Assembly (NCBI GenBank): GCA_041663185.1
Contig: JBAZQY010000001.1
Coordinates: 117,298 to 181,297, forward strand
DNA length: 64,000 nucleotides
Source: Minisyncoccota bacterium
GTDB taxonomy: Bacteria; Patescibacteriota; Minisyncoccia; Phycocordibacterales; UBA9973
Direction: 5' to 3'
Shown piece after piece: positions 38,832 to 48,197 of the stretch. Each line of letters opens with the position of its first letter. Position 1 is the first letter of the stretch. The notes beneath the pieces are model-generated. The model was not told the origin of the DNA. It saw only the letters and a list, made by a program, of their open reading frames with translations, and searched no databases. The position numbers were made by a program, and so were the translations under genes.

Positions 38832-38873
38832 AATCTTAATTATACTAAATAATACTAAAATATATAATATCCT

Positions 38874-38911
38874 TTATAACCTGTTGTGACGATCGTCTGA
38901 ATAGGTTATAA
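38874..38911. repeat. Spaced palindrome, left flank of PaaX/Cas2-like gene
   Basis: TTATAACCTGTTGTGACGATCGTCTGAATAGGTTATAA; right arm supplies the TATAAT of the gene. Confidence 0.8.
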
Positions 38912-38921
38912 TAAGCAGATT

Positions 38922-39404
38922 ATGAATATGATAAAAGAAACATTACACGCAATAAGCAATTACCCTGGTGGATATGGGGCAATATATGATTTAATCTATC
39001 CAAATGAAAGCAACCCAAAAGATAACAGCCAGGTGCTTAGGAACAGATTATCAAAATTGAAGAAAGGGGGGTTACTCTCTAACGAAAAAGGAATTTGGAA
39101 AATTACCCCAGAAGGAAAAATATTTTTGAAAAAAGAAAAATCAACATTAATTAAATTTACTAGTTTTAAAAATATAAAACTAAATCCACAAAAAACAATG
39201 CTGGTAATTTTTGATATCCCGGAGAAAAAAAGATTATATAGAAATTGGCTTCGTAATGAACTCGTTGGTTTTGGGTTTACTCTTATTCAGAAAAGCGTCT
39301 GGTTCGGTCCAACTCTTCCTAAGGAATTTATAACATATTTATCAGACCGTAAAATTCTTGAATATATAAAATTTTTCAAAGCCACTGAAAAAGATTTAAT
39401 ATAA
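38922..39404 (+). CDS. PaaX-like protein (winged HTH + Cas2-like domain)
   Basis: RLSKLKKGGLL..WKITPEG wing; LVIFDIPEKKR..LR..L..FGF..IQKSVW Cas2-like fold. Confidence 0.8.
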   Translation: MNMIKETLHAISNYPGGYGAIYDLIYPNESNPKDNSQVLRNRLSKLKKGGLLSNEKGIWKITPEGKIFLKKEKSTLIKFTSFKNIKLNPQKTMLVIFDIPEKKRLYRNWLRNELVGFGFTLIQKSVWFGPTLPKEFITYLSDRKILEYIKFFKATEKDLI

Positions 39405-39415
39405 TTCTTAAAAAA

Positions 39416-39457
39416 CATTATAACCTATTTAGACGATCGTCTAGTTTGGTTATAATG
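39416..39457. repeat. Spaced palindrome, right flank of PaaX/Cas2-like gene
   Basis: CATTATAACCTATTTAGACGATCGTCTAGTTTGGTTATAATG. Confidence 0.8.
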
Positions 39458-39478
39458 TATTTTATATTTAAATATTAA

Positions 39479-40165
39479 TTATTTAATTACTGTCCCAATA
39501 AAAGATTCTCCGTCGAGATAGGCCCTTAGATTGTCTATTTTTTTACCATTTAGGATTATAACTTCATAACCAAGTTTTTCGGCTTCATAGGCGGCAATTG
39601 GATCAAATGGGGCATTAATTCCTGGTTTCCAATCTTTTGGAAAAAGTAATCGGAAATCTACCCATGATATTTTATCGATTGATTTAGCATCGGGATTAAA
39701 TTTGGGGTCTTTGTCATAAACGAAATCAATATTGGAAAGATTTATAATTTTTGTTGCTCCGACACTTGTCGCCGAGCGAACTGCAGCCAAGTCACTACTA
39801 TTCCCTGGTCTCCACCCCCCTCCAACAATAATTGGTTTGTCAGTTGTAGGAATATTTTCTGGATCGAGTACAACTTTTTCGTAAGCTAAATCTTCAAAAC
39901 AAATTCTAACAAGTTCAGCATTAACTCTTGTGATCGAGATCCCAAGCCAATCAAGATCCTCAATTGAAGGGTCTGTGATTTTTTTTAATGAATCATTATA
40001 TTTACGACAAAGTTTTCCGCCTCCGGTGATAATTAAAAAGGTAAACCCACGAGAAACGTATTCTTTAATTGTTGTTACAAATAATTTCAAAAAGTCTGCA
40101 TCAACTTCATCTTGAACGATAAGCGAACCACCAAGAGAAATTATAATTTGTTTCTTTTTATCCAT
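39479..40165 (-). CDS. pyrH: UMP kinase (archaeal-like type)
   Basis: ISLGGS, TGGGK, GGW.PG.SSD, VYDKDP, APFDPIA. Confidence 0.9.
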   Translation of the reverse strand: MDKKKQIIISLGGSLIVQDEVDADFLKLFVTTIKEYVSRGFTFLIITGGGKLCRKYNDSLKKITDPSIEDLDWLGISITRVNAELVRICFEDLAYEKVVLDPENIPTTDKPIIVGGGWRPGNSSDLAAVRSATSVGATKIINLSNIDFVYDKDPKFNPDAKSIDKISWVDFRLLFPKDWKPGINAPFDPIAAYEAEKLGYEVIILNGKKIDNLRAYLDGESFIGTVIK

Positions 40166-40170
40166 ATATT

Positions 40171-40773
40171 TTATAATCCAAGGGAATTAATAATTTCTTT
40201 ATGAACATCTTCCTTGCTTTGATCGCCATTTATGGTGTAAATTGTATAATTTTCTTTTCCTTTAAAATAATTCATCGATGGAATCACATTATTAACATAT
40301 TCGTCGAAACGCTTGCTAATCCCATCATCCGTATCATCTGCTCTTCCTCGCAGTTTCATTCTTTTCACCGCTTCTTCTTTGCTTAATTCAATATACACAA
40401 TTTTTATATCTTCACGATTATAAAATTCCATCATATGAGCAAAAGATTCCGATTGCTCAATTGTACGAGGAAAACCATCCGCGATAAGACACGTTTCTTC
40501 TTTCATGTTCGTCGTTAAAATATTTGTGAATAAACTGATTGTTAAAAAATCAGGCTGAAGAAAACCTTTTTCTAAACTTGTTTTTACTTTTGATCCCGTA
40601 TAACTTCCACTTTCAATTAATTTTCTATATTCTACTCCTGTCGAAGTGTATAAAATATCATTAGCAATATTTTTTTCTTTTAAGTATTGTTGTAAAAATT
40701 CTACTTGAGTCCCTTTCCCTGACCCAACTATTCCAAAAAACATAAATGTACACGGTTTTTTTTGCATATTCAT
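40171..40773 (-). CDS. adk: Adenylate kinase (short LID)
   Basis: GIVGSGKGTQ, STG, DGFPRT, RGRADD; downstream of secY. Confidence 0.88.
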   Translation of the reverse strand: MNMQKKPCTFMFFGIVGSGKGTQVEFLQQYLKEKNIANDILYTSTGVEYRKLIESGSYTGSKVKTSLEKGFLQPDFLTISLFTNILTTNMKEETCLIADGFPRTIEQSESFAHMMEFYNREDIKIVYIELSKEEAVKRMKLRGRADDTDDGISKRFDEYVNNVIPSMNYFKGKENYTIYTINGDQSKEDVHKEIINSLGL

Positions 40774-40826
40774 GTATTATACTAAAAACTTGACCATTAA
40801 AAAAGACCCATGATTGTGGGTCTTTT

Positions 40827-42098
40827 TTAATATTCTCTCATTGATAATTGCGCCTCTGTTTTCTTAATTAAATCAAGAACAACTGAAACAACAATCAAGA
40901 GAGCTGTTCCGCCAATAGCAAAAGCACTTATGCCAGTGACTGCTCGAATAATAAGTGGAAGCACAGCAATGACACCAAGAAAGACTGCTCCCATTGTGGT
41001 TGTGCGAATTAGAATTTTAGAAATATATTCTTTGGTAGCTTGACCTGGACGAATACCTGGAACAAAAGCTCCATTCTTCTGCAGGTTTGTAGATAATTGT
41101 TCTGGATCAAAAGTAACAGCTGTATAAAAGTAGGTAAATAGGAAAACAAATATGAAATAGAAAATGGCATACAACCAAGTATTCTGCACAAACCAAAGCA
41201 TTGCTCGAGAAATTGCCAAAAGTGTTGGGCTTTCCATTCCCGCAAAGAAATTTCCTATCAACTGAGGGAAAAGCAAAATAGACAGAGCAAAAATTATTGG
41301 AATAACTCCCGCTTGATTGATACGAATTGGTAGATATGTCTGTGTTCCTCCGGCCACATGATCACCCCTGACTTGTTTAGCATAAGTCACTGGCACTGGA
41401 CGCTCAGCTTCTGAAACAACCACAACTCCTGCCACGATTAATAAGCCAACAGCTAAGAATAGGATGTAAACTGGCAAATTGGACATATCAAAAGTAAAGA
41501 AAAATCTGGAAATCTCGGTCGGAATACTGGCGACAATCCCAGCAAAAATTATGAGTGAGACACCATTACCAATTCCAAACTCAGAAACAAGTTCACCAAT
41601 CCACATAATGAGCATTGAGCCCGCCACGATAACTGAAAGGTTAGTGAATGTTCCAAATAGTGATGCATCAATCATGATTCCTTGTTTGCGTAGTAAAACT
41701 AATAACGCCAAACCTTGAACAATCGCAAGTGGAATAGTAAGCATTCTACTAAATTGAGTAAATTTCTTGCGTCCAATCTCACCATCTTCTTGATACATAG
41801 CCTTCAAACGAGGAGACATGATAGTCAAAAGTTGCATGATAATCGAAGATGTAATGTATGGACCAACACCAAGCATGATAATTGATAAAGTCGAAAGTCC
41901 ACCACCAGAGAAAATATTTAAAACCCCAACAAATTGATTATTGGTTATAAAATTTTGAAGTTTGATAGCATCAACTCCTGGAATTGGAATAGCGGAAAGA
42001 AGTCGGAAAACAACAAGAGCTCCGAGCACAAATAAAACACGATTTCTCAATGTTTTATCTGTAAATATTGCTTTTATTTTATTGAAAACAATTTCCAT
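40827..42098 (-). CDS. secY: Preprotein translocase SecY
   Basis: LGVGPYITSSII, GIGNGVSLIIFAGI, AGVIPIIFA, PGIRPG, GGTALLIVV. Confidence 0.97.
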   Translation of the reverse strand: MEIVFNKIKAIFTDKTLRNRVLFVLGALVVFRLLSAIPIPGVDAIKLQNFITNNQFVGVLNIFSGGGLSTLSIIMLGVGPYITSSIIMQLLTIMSPRLKAMYQEDGEIGRKKFTQFSRMLTIPLAIVQGLALLVLLRKQGIMIDASLFGTFTNLSVIVAGSMLIMWIGELVSEFGIGNGVSLIIFAGIVASIPTEISRFFFTFDMSNLPVYILFLAVGLLIVAGVVVVSEAERPVPVTYAKQVRGDHVAGGTQTYLPIRINQAGVIPIIFALSILLFPQLIGNFFAGMESPTLLAISRAMLWFVQNTWLYAIFYFIFVFLFTYFYTAVTFDPEQLSTNLQKNGAFVPGIRPGQATKEYISKILIRTTTMGAVFLGVIAVLPLIIRAVTGISAFAIGGTALLIVVSVVLDLIKKTEAQLSMREY

Positions 42099-42100
42099 AA

Positions 42101-42529
42101 TTATTTTATAGTTCCTCCAGCTTTTTCAATCTTGAGGCGAGCACTAGTTGAAACTTTGCAACCTGTAATTGTGAGTTTCTTACTAATTTCTCCCGTTCCA
42201 AGAATTTTAACATTTGGAAGTGACCCCCTGACACGACGAACAAGATTTTTGGTAAATAGTATTTCTGGATTAATGACTGTCTCCGCGTCAAAAACATTCA
42301 AAGCTCCAACATTGACTGGTGAAAACTTAACGGCAAAAGATTTAAAGCGATACCCTCTTTGTTTAGGTAACTTTTTAATTATATCACGCATTTGTGGACG
42401 ACGCTTATTTCCGGCACGAGCAGTCTGCCCCTTTCCTCCACGACCAGATGTTTTACCTCGAGTTCCTCCACGACCAACTTGTCTGGATTTTTTATTTGGA
42501 TGTTCTCTTTTTAGTGTGTGTAATTGCAT
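42101..42529 (-). CDS. rplO: 50S ribosomal protein L15
   Basis: GRGGTRGKTSGRGGKGQTAR, KILGTG, KIEKAGG. Confidence 0.96.
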   Translation of the reverse strand: MQLHTLKREHPNKKSRQVGRGGTRGKTSGRGGKGQTARAGNKRRPQMRDIIKKLPKQRGYRFKSFAVKFSPVNVGALNVFDAETVINPEILFTKNLVRRVRGSLPNVKILGTGEISKKLTITGCKVSTSARLKIEKAGGTIK

Positions 42530-42534
42530 AAAAT

Positions 42535-43152
42535 TTATTTAACTTCTTCTTTAACTTGTTCATCAATAAAAGCAGGGGCTACTTTAGCAACTCCTCCAGT
42601 TTTATCGCGAAGTTGATAAAGTGTCTTATAAGCAACTCGAGCATTGTTCAATTTATTTTTACTTCCAGAATGTAATTTGGCAGTAACATTTTTAATACCA
42701 GCTAAAGTGAGCATATCGCGAACAGTACTTCCTGAAACTAACCCTTTCCCTCGGTTTGGCATTATAGTTAATTTGGAGCTTGCAAACTTTCCTGAAACTT
42801 CATGAGGAATAGACATTTCTTTGGTTGTTTTAATCTTAAACATATTTTTCTTTGCCTGACGAAGAGCTTTGGCAATCGCCACAGCTGTATCTCCCCCCTT
42901 ACCAGTTCCTAGACCTACTGAGCCTTTTTTATCGCCAATCGCTATAGCCACAGCAAATGTCATTCGGCGACCACCAGCAACCACACGAGTAACTCGACGA
43001 ATCGAAACCATTTTTTGATCAAATTCTGGCTTTGGTCTCTCAAAAGATGGTCGTGAACGACGATTATCTCCTTCTCCTTTCTTATTTGAAAAGACTGGTT
43101 TATTTGAACCGCGGTTATTGTTTGTATTTTGTTTTGGCTTTGTTGTATCCAT
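42535..43152 (-). CDS. rpsE: 30S ribosomal protein S5
   Basis: IRRVTRVVAGGRRM, GDKKGSVGLG. Confidence 0.96.
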   Translation of the reverse strand: MDTTKPKQNTNNNRGSNKPVFSNKKGEGDNRRSRPSFERPKPEFDQKMVSIRRVTRVVAGGRRMTFAVAIAIGDKKGSVGLGTGKGGDTAVAIAKALRQAKKNMFKIKTTKEMSIPHEVSGKFASSKLTIMPNRGKGLVSGSTVRDMLTLAGIKNVTAKLHSGSKNKLNNARVAYKTLYQLRDKTGGVAKVAPAFIDEQVKEEVK

Positions 43153-43178
43153 ATGTTTATTATATCAATTATGAAAAA

Positions 43179-43523
43179 TTAAAACTTGAGACCTCCAGTT
43201 CGAGCTCCATCAGCTAGAGCTTTTATTCGGCCAGTATATTTAAATCCATTGCGATCAAAAACACATGTCTTAATTCCTTTTTCAATCGCTTTTTTGGCAA
43301 CTTCTTCTCCAATATTTTTTGCTCGTTCAGTCTTTGTTCCTTTTTTTAAATTCATATCCGAAGAAGCAATAAGTGTATTGTGATTCAAGTCATCAATGAC
43401 TTGCGCGTAAATATAATTATTGGAACGAAAAACAGAAAGACGTGGACATTTTGTTGTACCAAAAATTTTAGTCCTTATTTTCTTCTTCAATCTTATTCTT
43501 TTTTCTATTTTCTTGTTTTTCAT
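43179..43523 (-). CDS. rplR: 50S ribosomal protein L18
   Basis: PRLSVFRSN, FDRNGFKYTGRIKALADGAR. Confidence 0.96.
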   Translation of the reverse strand: MKNKKIEKRIRLKKKIRTKIFGTTKCPRLSVFRSNNYIYAQVIDDLNHNTLIASSDMNLKKGTKTERAKNIGEEVAKKAIEKGIKTCVFDRNGFKYTGRIKALADGARTGGLKF

Positions 43524-43588
43524 TGCATTTTTTTGAATTTATAATTCGTATTTTAATTCTTAATTCGTAATTATTAATTCTTAATTAT

Positions 43589-44125
43589 CTACGCTGCTTT
43601 CTTACCTTGCTTACGACGAATAACTTCATCAGAATAACGGAATCCTTTCCCTTTATAAGGTTCTGGTTTTTTCATGGCACGAACCGAGGCCGTAAATAAA
43701 CCAACTAACTCTTTATCAATACCCGAAACAGTAATATTATTCTTTTCAGCAGTTACAGTAATGCCAGCGGGAATTGTAACTTTAACTGGATGAGAAAAAC
43801 CTAAAGCTAGATTAAGAGTTTGCCCGGCAACTTCAGATTTGAAACCAACTCCTTCTAAAATAAGTTTCTTGGTGTAACCTTCATTGACTCCATCTACCAT
43901 ATTCTTAACATGCGAAGCATATGCACCCCATAGAGCATTAATACTTCGATCTCCTTCTTTATTAGGAGTAAAAGTTATTTCATTACCATTGATATGGATA
44001 GTTACTTCGCCAGGGAAATCACGAACAAGAGTCCCTTTTGGGCCCTTCACAGAAAAAGTAGTTCCAGAGAGTTTAACTTCTGTACCGGCGGGAACTATAA
44101 CTGTTTGTTTTCCGATTCTACTCAT
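43589..44125 (-). CDS. rplF: 50S ribosomal protein L6
   Basis: MSRIGK, KGPKG, LGFSHP, PEPYKGKG. Confidence 0.97.
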   Translation of the reverse strand: MSRIGKQTVIVPAGTEVKLSGTTFSVKGPKGTLVRDFPGEVTIHINGNEITFTPNKEGDRSINALWGAYASHVKNMVDGVNEGYTKKLILEGVGFKSEVAGQTLNLALGFSHPVKVTIPAGITVTAEKNNITVSGIDKELVGLFTASVRAMKKPEPYKGKGFRYSDEVIRRKQGKKAA

Positions 44126-44184
44126 AAATTTTAATATCTCGTTTAATTCTTAATTCGTAATTATTAATTCTTAATTAATAATGA

Positions 44185-44565
44185 TTACCATAGTCTAAAT
44201 AATACTTCTCCTCCGACCATTTCTTTTCTAGCTTCTTTATCAGTCAAAATACCCTTGGGGGTAGAAAGAACTGTTAATCCATGACTTCTCTTTATATCTT
44301 TTACTCCTTTATAAACACGACAAGATGATTTGGAAATGCGATCAACGTCGGTTACTCTTGGGGCTCCATCTTCTACATAAGCCAATTCCAATTCGATAGT
44401 CGGAAACCCTTTTTTAGTTTTCTTGGTAACTCCCTTCAAATAACCTTCTTTAACTAGGCATTCAGCAATAGAAAATTTGAGTTTTGAATGAGGAACAACA
44501 ACAAACTCGTGGTGAGCTCGCCCTGCATTTTTTATCATATTCATCATGTTTGCTATTTGATCCAT
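44185..44565 (-). CDS. rpsH: 30S ribosomal protein S8
   Basis: DQIANM..IKNA, LSTPKGILTDKEAR..VGGEV. Confidence 0.95.
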   Translation of the reverse strand: MDQIANMMNMIKNAGRAHHEFVVVPHSKLKFSIAECLVKEGYLKGVTKKTKKGFPTIELELAYVEDGAPRVTDVDRISKSSCRVYKGVKDIKRSHGLTVLSTPKGILTDKEARKEMVGGEVLFRLW

Positions 44566-44635
44566 AATTTTAATTTTGAGTGTTAGGTTTTGCCTTTATT
44601 GAGCCCAAGGCAATTCCTAGCGCACTTTATTTATA

Positions 44636-44821
44636 TTACCAACTTGATTTTCTTACTCCTGGAAGCATGCCTTCGTTAGCAAGTTCACGGAAACAAATAC
44701 GGCATAGTCCGAAATCTCTCATATAAGCATGTCCACGGCCACAACGAAAACAACGATTTGTTTCTCGTGTGCTAAATTTTGATTTCTTTATGTGTCTTGC
44801 AATAACTGATTTTTTTGCCAT
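44636..44821 (-). CDS. rpsN: 30S ribosomal protein S14 (Zn type)
   Basis: [28 protein letters not shown]. Confidence 0.96.
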   Translation of the reverse strand: MAKKSVIARHIKKSKFSTRETNRCFRCGRGHAYMRDFGLCRICFRELANEGMLPGVRKSSW

Positions 44822-44922
44822 CCCAGTACTAAAATTTTAATATTAATATATATTTTATTTAACCTTTAACCCTTGTACTATGTTTTTTGACGATATCAAA
44901 TAATCAAAAATTTAGTACGGGA
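44821..44922. repeat. CCC(G)T..ACGGG inverted-repeat element abutting the rpsN start
   Basis: TCCCAGTACTAAAATTT..AAATTTAGTACGGGA. Confidence 0.55.
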
Positions 44923-45128
44923 CAAGTAAAAAAATATTTCGGGCACTACCCCTCATAAGTGTGATATCTCGTTTATTTTCTTAATGGTATTGATTTCTCA
45001 AGGCCATCAAGGAGACAAACGGATCCAAAACCTATGTGCTCCTATACTAGCAAATAGAGGAGAGAGTGTCAAATAAAAAAAACCCCGCGATTGTGCGGGG
45101 TCTTTAAGTATTGGCAAGACAAGAAGGG

Positions 45129-45749
45129 TTACTCTTTGTATTTATAACCCTCTTCATAATCCTTGAAACCAAGATTCATATTTCTCCAGTTAAACGCTGG
45201 ATAGTAGTCGAGGAGGTTAGGATCTTCCGTACTGGCCAGGTTTTCAAGTCGGTAATCAATCAACCGGCCGGCTTTTTCAGTAAAATCATCAGCATTCCGG
45301 AATTCACGGTACTTGGGAAGATGTGCGCCGGAGGCCCCTTCATAATCAGCAAATACAAACTGGTGCATTATTATCTTAGTTGAATCATTGCTAAGATAGA
45401 AAAAAATGTTTTGGGTTAATTCACCATCGGAATAATAATCATTATCTACATCATACTCATAAGCGAGTCCACTTGTTGTTTGATGACCTCCAAGTTCAAG
45501 CTCGAGTAAATTCCATTCAGTGAATCGGCGATGGATATCGCGAACGTTTATTACTTCTGTCGAGTCCGCAACATAATAATTACTATCATAAAGGACCTGT
45601 GCCCTGGAGATGATTTCTTCCATGGCATTAGCCAACTCTTTTTTACTGGATTGTGGGTTGTTTCCGAACATAATCCACCAGAACAATAATCCGGCTACAA
45701 TACAGGCTACAATACAAGCAATTAATCCTACAAATGTTGTTGTTTTCAT
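45129..45749 (-). CDS. Hypothetical membrane-anchored protein (cassette in spc operon)
   Basis: N-terminal TM; own promoter/leader and terminator (45077-45104). Confidence 0.7.
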   Translation of the reverse strand: MKTTTFVGLIACIVACIVAGLLFWWIMFGNNPQSSKKELANAMEEIISRAQVLYDSNYYVADSTEVINVRDIHRRFTEWNLLELELGGHQTTSGLAYEYDVDNDYYSDGELTQNIFFYLSNDSTKIIMHQFVFADYEGASGAHLPKYREFRNADDFTEKAGRLIDYRLENLASTEDPNLLDYYPAFNWRNMNLGFKDYEEGYKYKE

Positions 45750-45911
45750 AGTGTTTTGTTTTTTAAAATGAGTGAATAGTGAATTACCTTAAGCTACTAA
45801 ATGTCTAATAATTCAAGGCAATTCACTATTTCTCCTCAAAACAAAAATTATGAAAATTTTCAAAGAACTAAACACTCCTTATAGTATAGCATAATTGGGT
45901 AAAAAAGTCAA
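45750..45911 (-). promoter_or_regulatory. Repeated leader copy A: promoter, boxA-like motif, hairpin
   Basis: TTGACT-17-TATACT, AGTTCTTTGAAAATTTT, AATAGTGAATT/AATTCACTATT hairpin; near-duplicate of 46529-46690. Confidence 0.75.
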
Positions 45912-46003
45912 GAGATTTAACCTGACAAAATAAGGACTTTTTGCAATAAAAAAGACCTGCCAGAAATTCTGACAGGCCTTGAAGTTTGGGATTATTTGCA
46001 ATA

Positions 46004-46528
46004 TTATTTATCCCACCATGGCAAATATTCGAAAAAAATCGTTTGATATCCTCTTCTTCCTTCGACTTTTACGATAATGTCACCAACCGACCATTGATTA
46101 TTTTTAAAACAAATATACGGTGTTGTTTTTTCGCCAGAGTCATAGTCGATACCCAAAAATTGGTCATAATTATAACCGATAATCCGGTTGTAATCGAGGA
46201 AAAGCGACCTATGTTTCATGGCTATAAGTGATTTCAGATCGCTTTTCTTGGGCAAGGTGTAGTTCATATACTCAGCAAATTTTAATACCAACCTTTGGCT
46301 GGTATGCTTTTTGAATGAGTATATTATACAGGTCCTGAACGTTCCACCTTGACCAATATTTGGTGTAATCTCCGATATACTATCTCCGGAAAGGAAAACG
46401 GGTTTTTCCCAGTAAAAATGTCGGTTGAATTTACGTTCAATCCGTGTCTGCTGAGCGCTGGCTGATGATGTGGCAACAATCATCATGATGATGATTGCAA
46501 AGAATGAGAATAATCTAACATTTTTCAT
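46004..46528 (-). CDS. Hypothetical secreted protein (cassette in spc operon)
   Basis: Signal peptide MKNVRLFSFFAIIIMMIVATSSASA|QQ; start at ATG 46528. Confidence 0.7.
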   Translation of the reverse strand: MKNVRLFSFFAIIIMMIVATSSASAQQTRIERKFNRHFYWEKPVFLSGDSISEITPNIGQGGTFRTCIIYSFKKHTSQRLVLKFAEYMNYTLPKKSDLKSLIAMKHRSLFLDYNRIIGYNYDQFLGIDYDSGEKTTPYICFKNNQWSVGDIIVKVEGRRGYQTIFFEYLPWWDK

Positions 46529-46690
46529 AATAATATTTGTTTTTAAATTGTGAGTGAATAGTGAATTACCTTGAGCTATTAAATGTCTAATAATCCAGGG
46601 CAATTCACTATTCTTTAAAACAAATATTATGAAAATTTTCAAAGAACTACATACTACTTATAGTATAGCATGATTAGGTGTAAAAGTCAA
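46529..46690 (-). promoter_or_regulatory. Repeated leader copy B
   Basis: Same promoter, boxA-like motif and hairpin as copy A. Confidence 0.75.
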
Positions 46691-46720
46691 TAGATAAAAC
46701 CCTTTAATTGCAAGCTTATT

Positions 46721-46763
46721 AATGAAATAGCCCCGCCGACAGCTGTCGGCGGGGCTATTTCAT
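46721..46763. terminator. Strong palindromic terminator after rplE
   Basis: ATGAAATAGCCCCGCCGACAG/CTGTCGGCGGGGCTATTTCAT. Confidence 0.7.
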
Positions 46764-46765
46764 TT

Positions 46766-47305
46766 TTATTTTTTAAATGGAACACCTATCATTTGGAAAA
46801 AATCAGTCGCTTCGTCTTTTGTTTTGGCAGTTGTAACAATTGTCACCGCAAGACCAAAGACATCTTTCAGTTCTTCATCTCCTGTTTCAGGGAAAATTGT
46901 GTGCTCTTTAATACTCATTGTTAAGTTTCCGATATTATCAACAATTTTTTTATCAATTCCACGAAAATCTTTCGTACGAGGAATAGCAACATTGATTAGT
47001 TTATCTAAAAATCCATACATCCGAGCTCCACGAAGAGTAACCATTACTCCAACCGGGTCTCCAAGACGAATCTTAAAACTAGCAATCGATTTCTTGGCAC
47101 TCTTGGTTGCGGGCTTTTGTCCAGTAATCTTTGTAAGGCGATCAATAACAAGATTATTATAATCTTTATTGCGCTTAATTCCCGAACCTGTTCCACTCGA
47201 AATCACCACCTTCACAAGTCGAGGTGAAGCCATAACATTTTTGTATCCATATTTGGCTTTAAGCGAACTATATGATTTTTTTTCTTTTTGTCTAATTGTT
47301 TCCAT
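46766..47305 (-). CDS. rplE: 50S ribosomal protein L5
   Basis: ITGQKP, SIASFKIR, VTLRG, PRTKDFRG, IFPE. Confidence 0.97.
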   Translation of the reverse strand: METIRQKEKKSYSSLKAKYGYKNVMASPRLVKVVISSGTGSGIKRNKDYNNLVIDRLTKITGQKPATKSAKKSIASFKIRLGDPVGVMVTLRGARMYGFLDKLINVAIPRTKDFRGIDKKIVDNIGNLTMSIKEHTIFPETGDEELKDVFGLAVTIVTTAKTKDEATDFFQMIGVPFKK

Positions 47306-47313
47306 AAATAATT

Positions 47314-47532
47314 TTAATCAACTTTTTTAACATTTGATACGTGAATAGGCATCGCTATCTCAAGAATCTGACTTGGGTCACCTTTCTTTTTTGAACGATG
47401 AGCCTTTTTTCGAACATTGACTCCTTCAACAACAACTTTATTCATAGTCGGAATTGATTTTAAAACCTTTCCCTTCTTTCCCTTGTTGCTTCCAGATATA
47501 ACTATTACATTGTCTCCTTTCTTAATCTTCAT
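47314..47532 (-). CDS. rplX: 50S ribosomal protein L24 (short)
   Basis: IKKGDNVIVISGSNKGKKGKV, VEGVN, PIHVSNV. Confidence 0.95.
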   Translation of the reverse strand: MKIKKGDNVIVISGSNKGKKGKVLKSIPTMNKVVVEGVNVRKKAHRSKKKGDPSQILEIAMPIHVSNVKKVD

Positions 47533-47574
47533 TGTATTTAAATTCGTAATTGTTAATTATTAATTCTTAATTAT

Positions 47575-47946
47575 TTATATAACTTCTTGGGCTAATGAAA
47601 TAATCTTTTGGTAACCGCGCTCAGCTAATTCTCTTGGAATTGGTCCGAAGACACGTCCACCCTTTGGATCAAGTTTATCCTTTTCTAAAATCACGACAGC
47701 ATTGTCATCAAAGCTAATATAAGAACCGTCTTTTCTTCTGAAGGTTTTTACTGTTCGAACAACAACGGCTTGGCAGACATCTTTTTTCTTGATTATTTTT
47801 CTTGGTTCAGCAATTTTTACTGAAATAATTACCTTGTCACCAATCGAAGCATAGCGACGCTTCGAAGAACCAAGTATTTTGAAAACCTTGCCAACCTTAC
47901 CGCCGGCATTGTCTGTGATATTTACTATTGTTCCGTCTTGAATCAT
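47575..47946 (-). CDS. rplN: 50S ribosomal protein L14
   Basis: MIQ..DNAG, FDDNAVV, RVFGPIPREL. Confidence 0.96.
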   Translation of the reverse strand: MIQDGTIVNITDNAGGKVGKVFKILGSSKRRYASIGDKVIISVKIAEPRKIIKKKDVCQAVVVRTVKTFRRKDGSYISFDDNAVVILEKDKLDPKGGRVFGPIPRELAERGYQKIISLAQEVI

Positions 47947-47950
47947 ATAT

Positions 47951-48193
47951 TTAAATTACTTTAAAATGCTTATCTTTCGATATTGGCTTTGTTTCTTCTA
48001 TTTCGACGACATCTCCAATTTTTTTAATATTACCTTCATCATGAGCCTTGTATTTCTTTGTCTTTTTTATGCGTTTACCATATTTCTTGTGCTCAACAAA
48101 GCGGGAAACTTTAACAACCACAGTTTTATCCATTTTGTCTGAGACAACTACTCCTTTTAGAACTTTATTTGTTTTTTTGTTTTGTTTTTCCAT
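47951..48193 (-). CDS. rpsQ: 30S ribosomal protein S17
   Basis: [30 protein letters not shown]. Confidence 0.96.
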   Translation of the reverse strand: MEKQNKKTNKVLKGVVVSDKMDKTVVVKVSRFVEHKKYGKRIKKTKKYKAHDEGNIKKIGDVVEIEETKPISKDKHFKVI

Positions 48194-48197
48194 AATT

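Noticed and set aside
38922-39404. CRISPR-Cas locus suggested by the Cas2-like motif
   Set aside because: No repeat-spacer array or cas1 in the window; the domain is fused to a wHTH as in PaaX-like proteins
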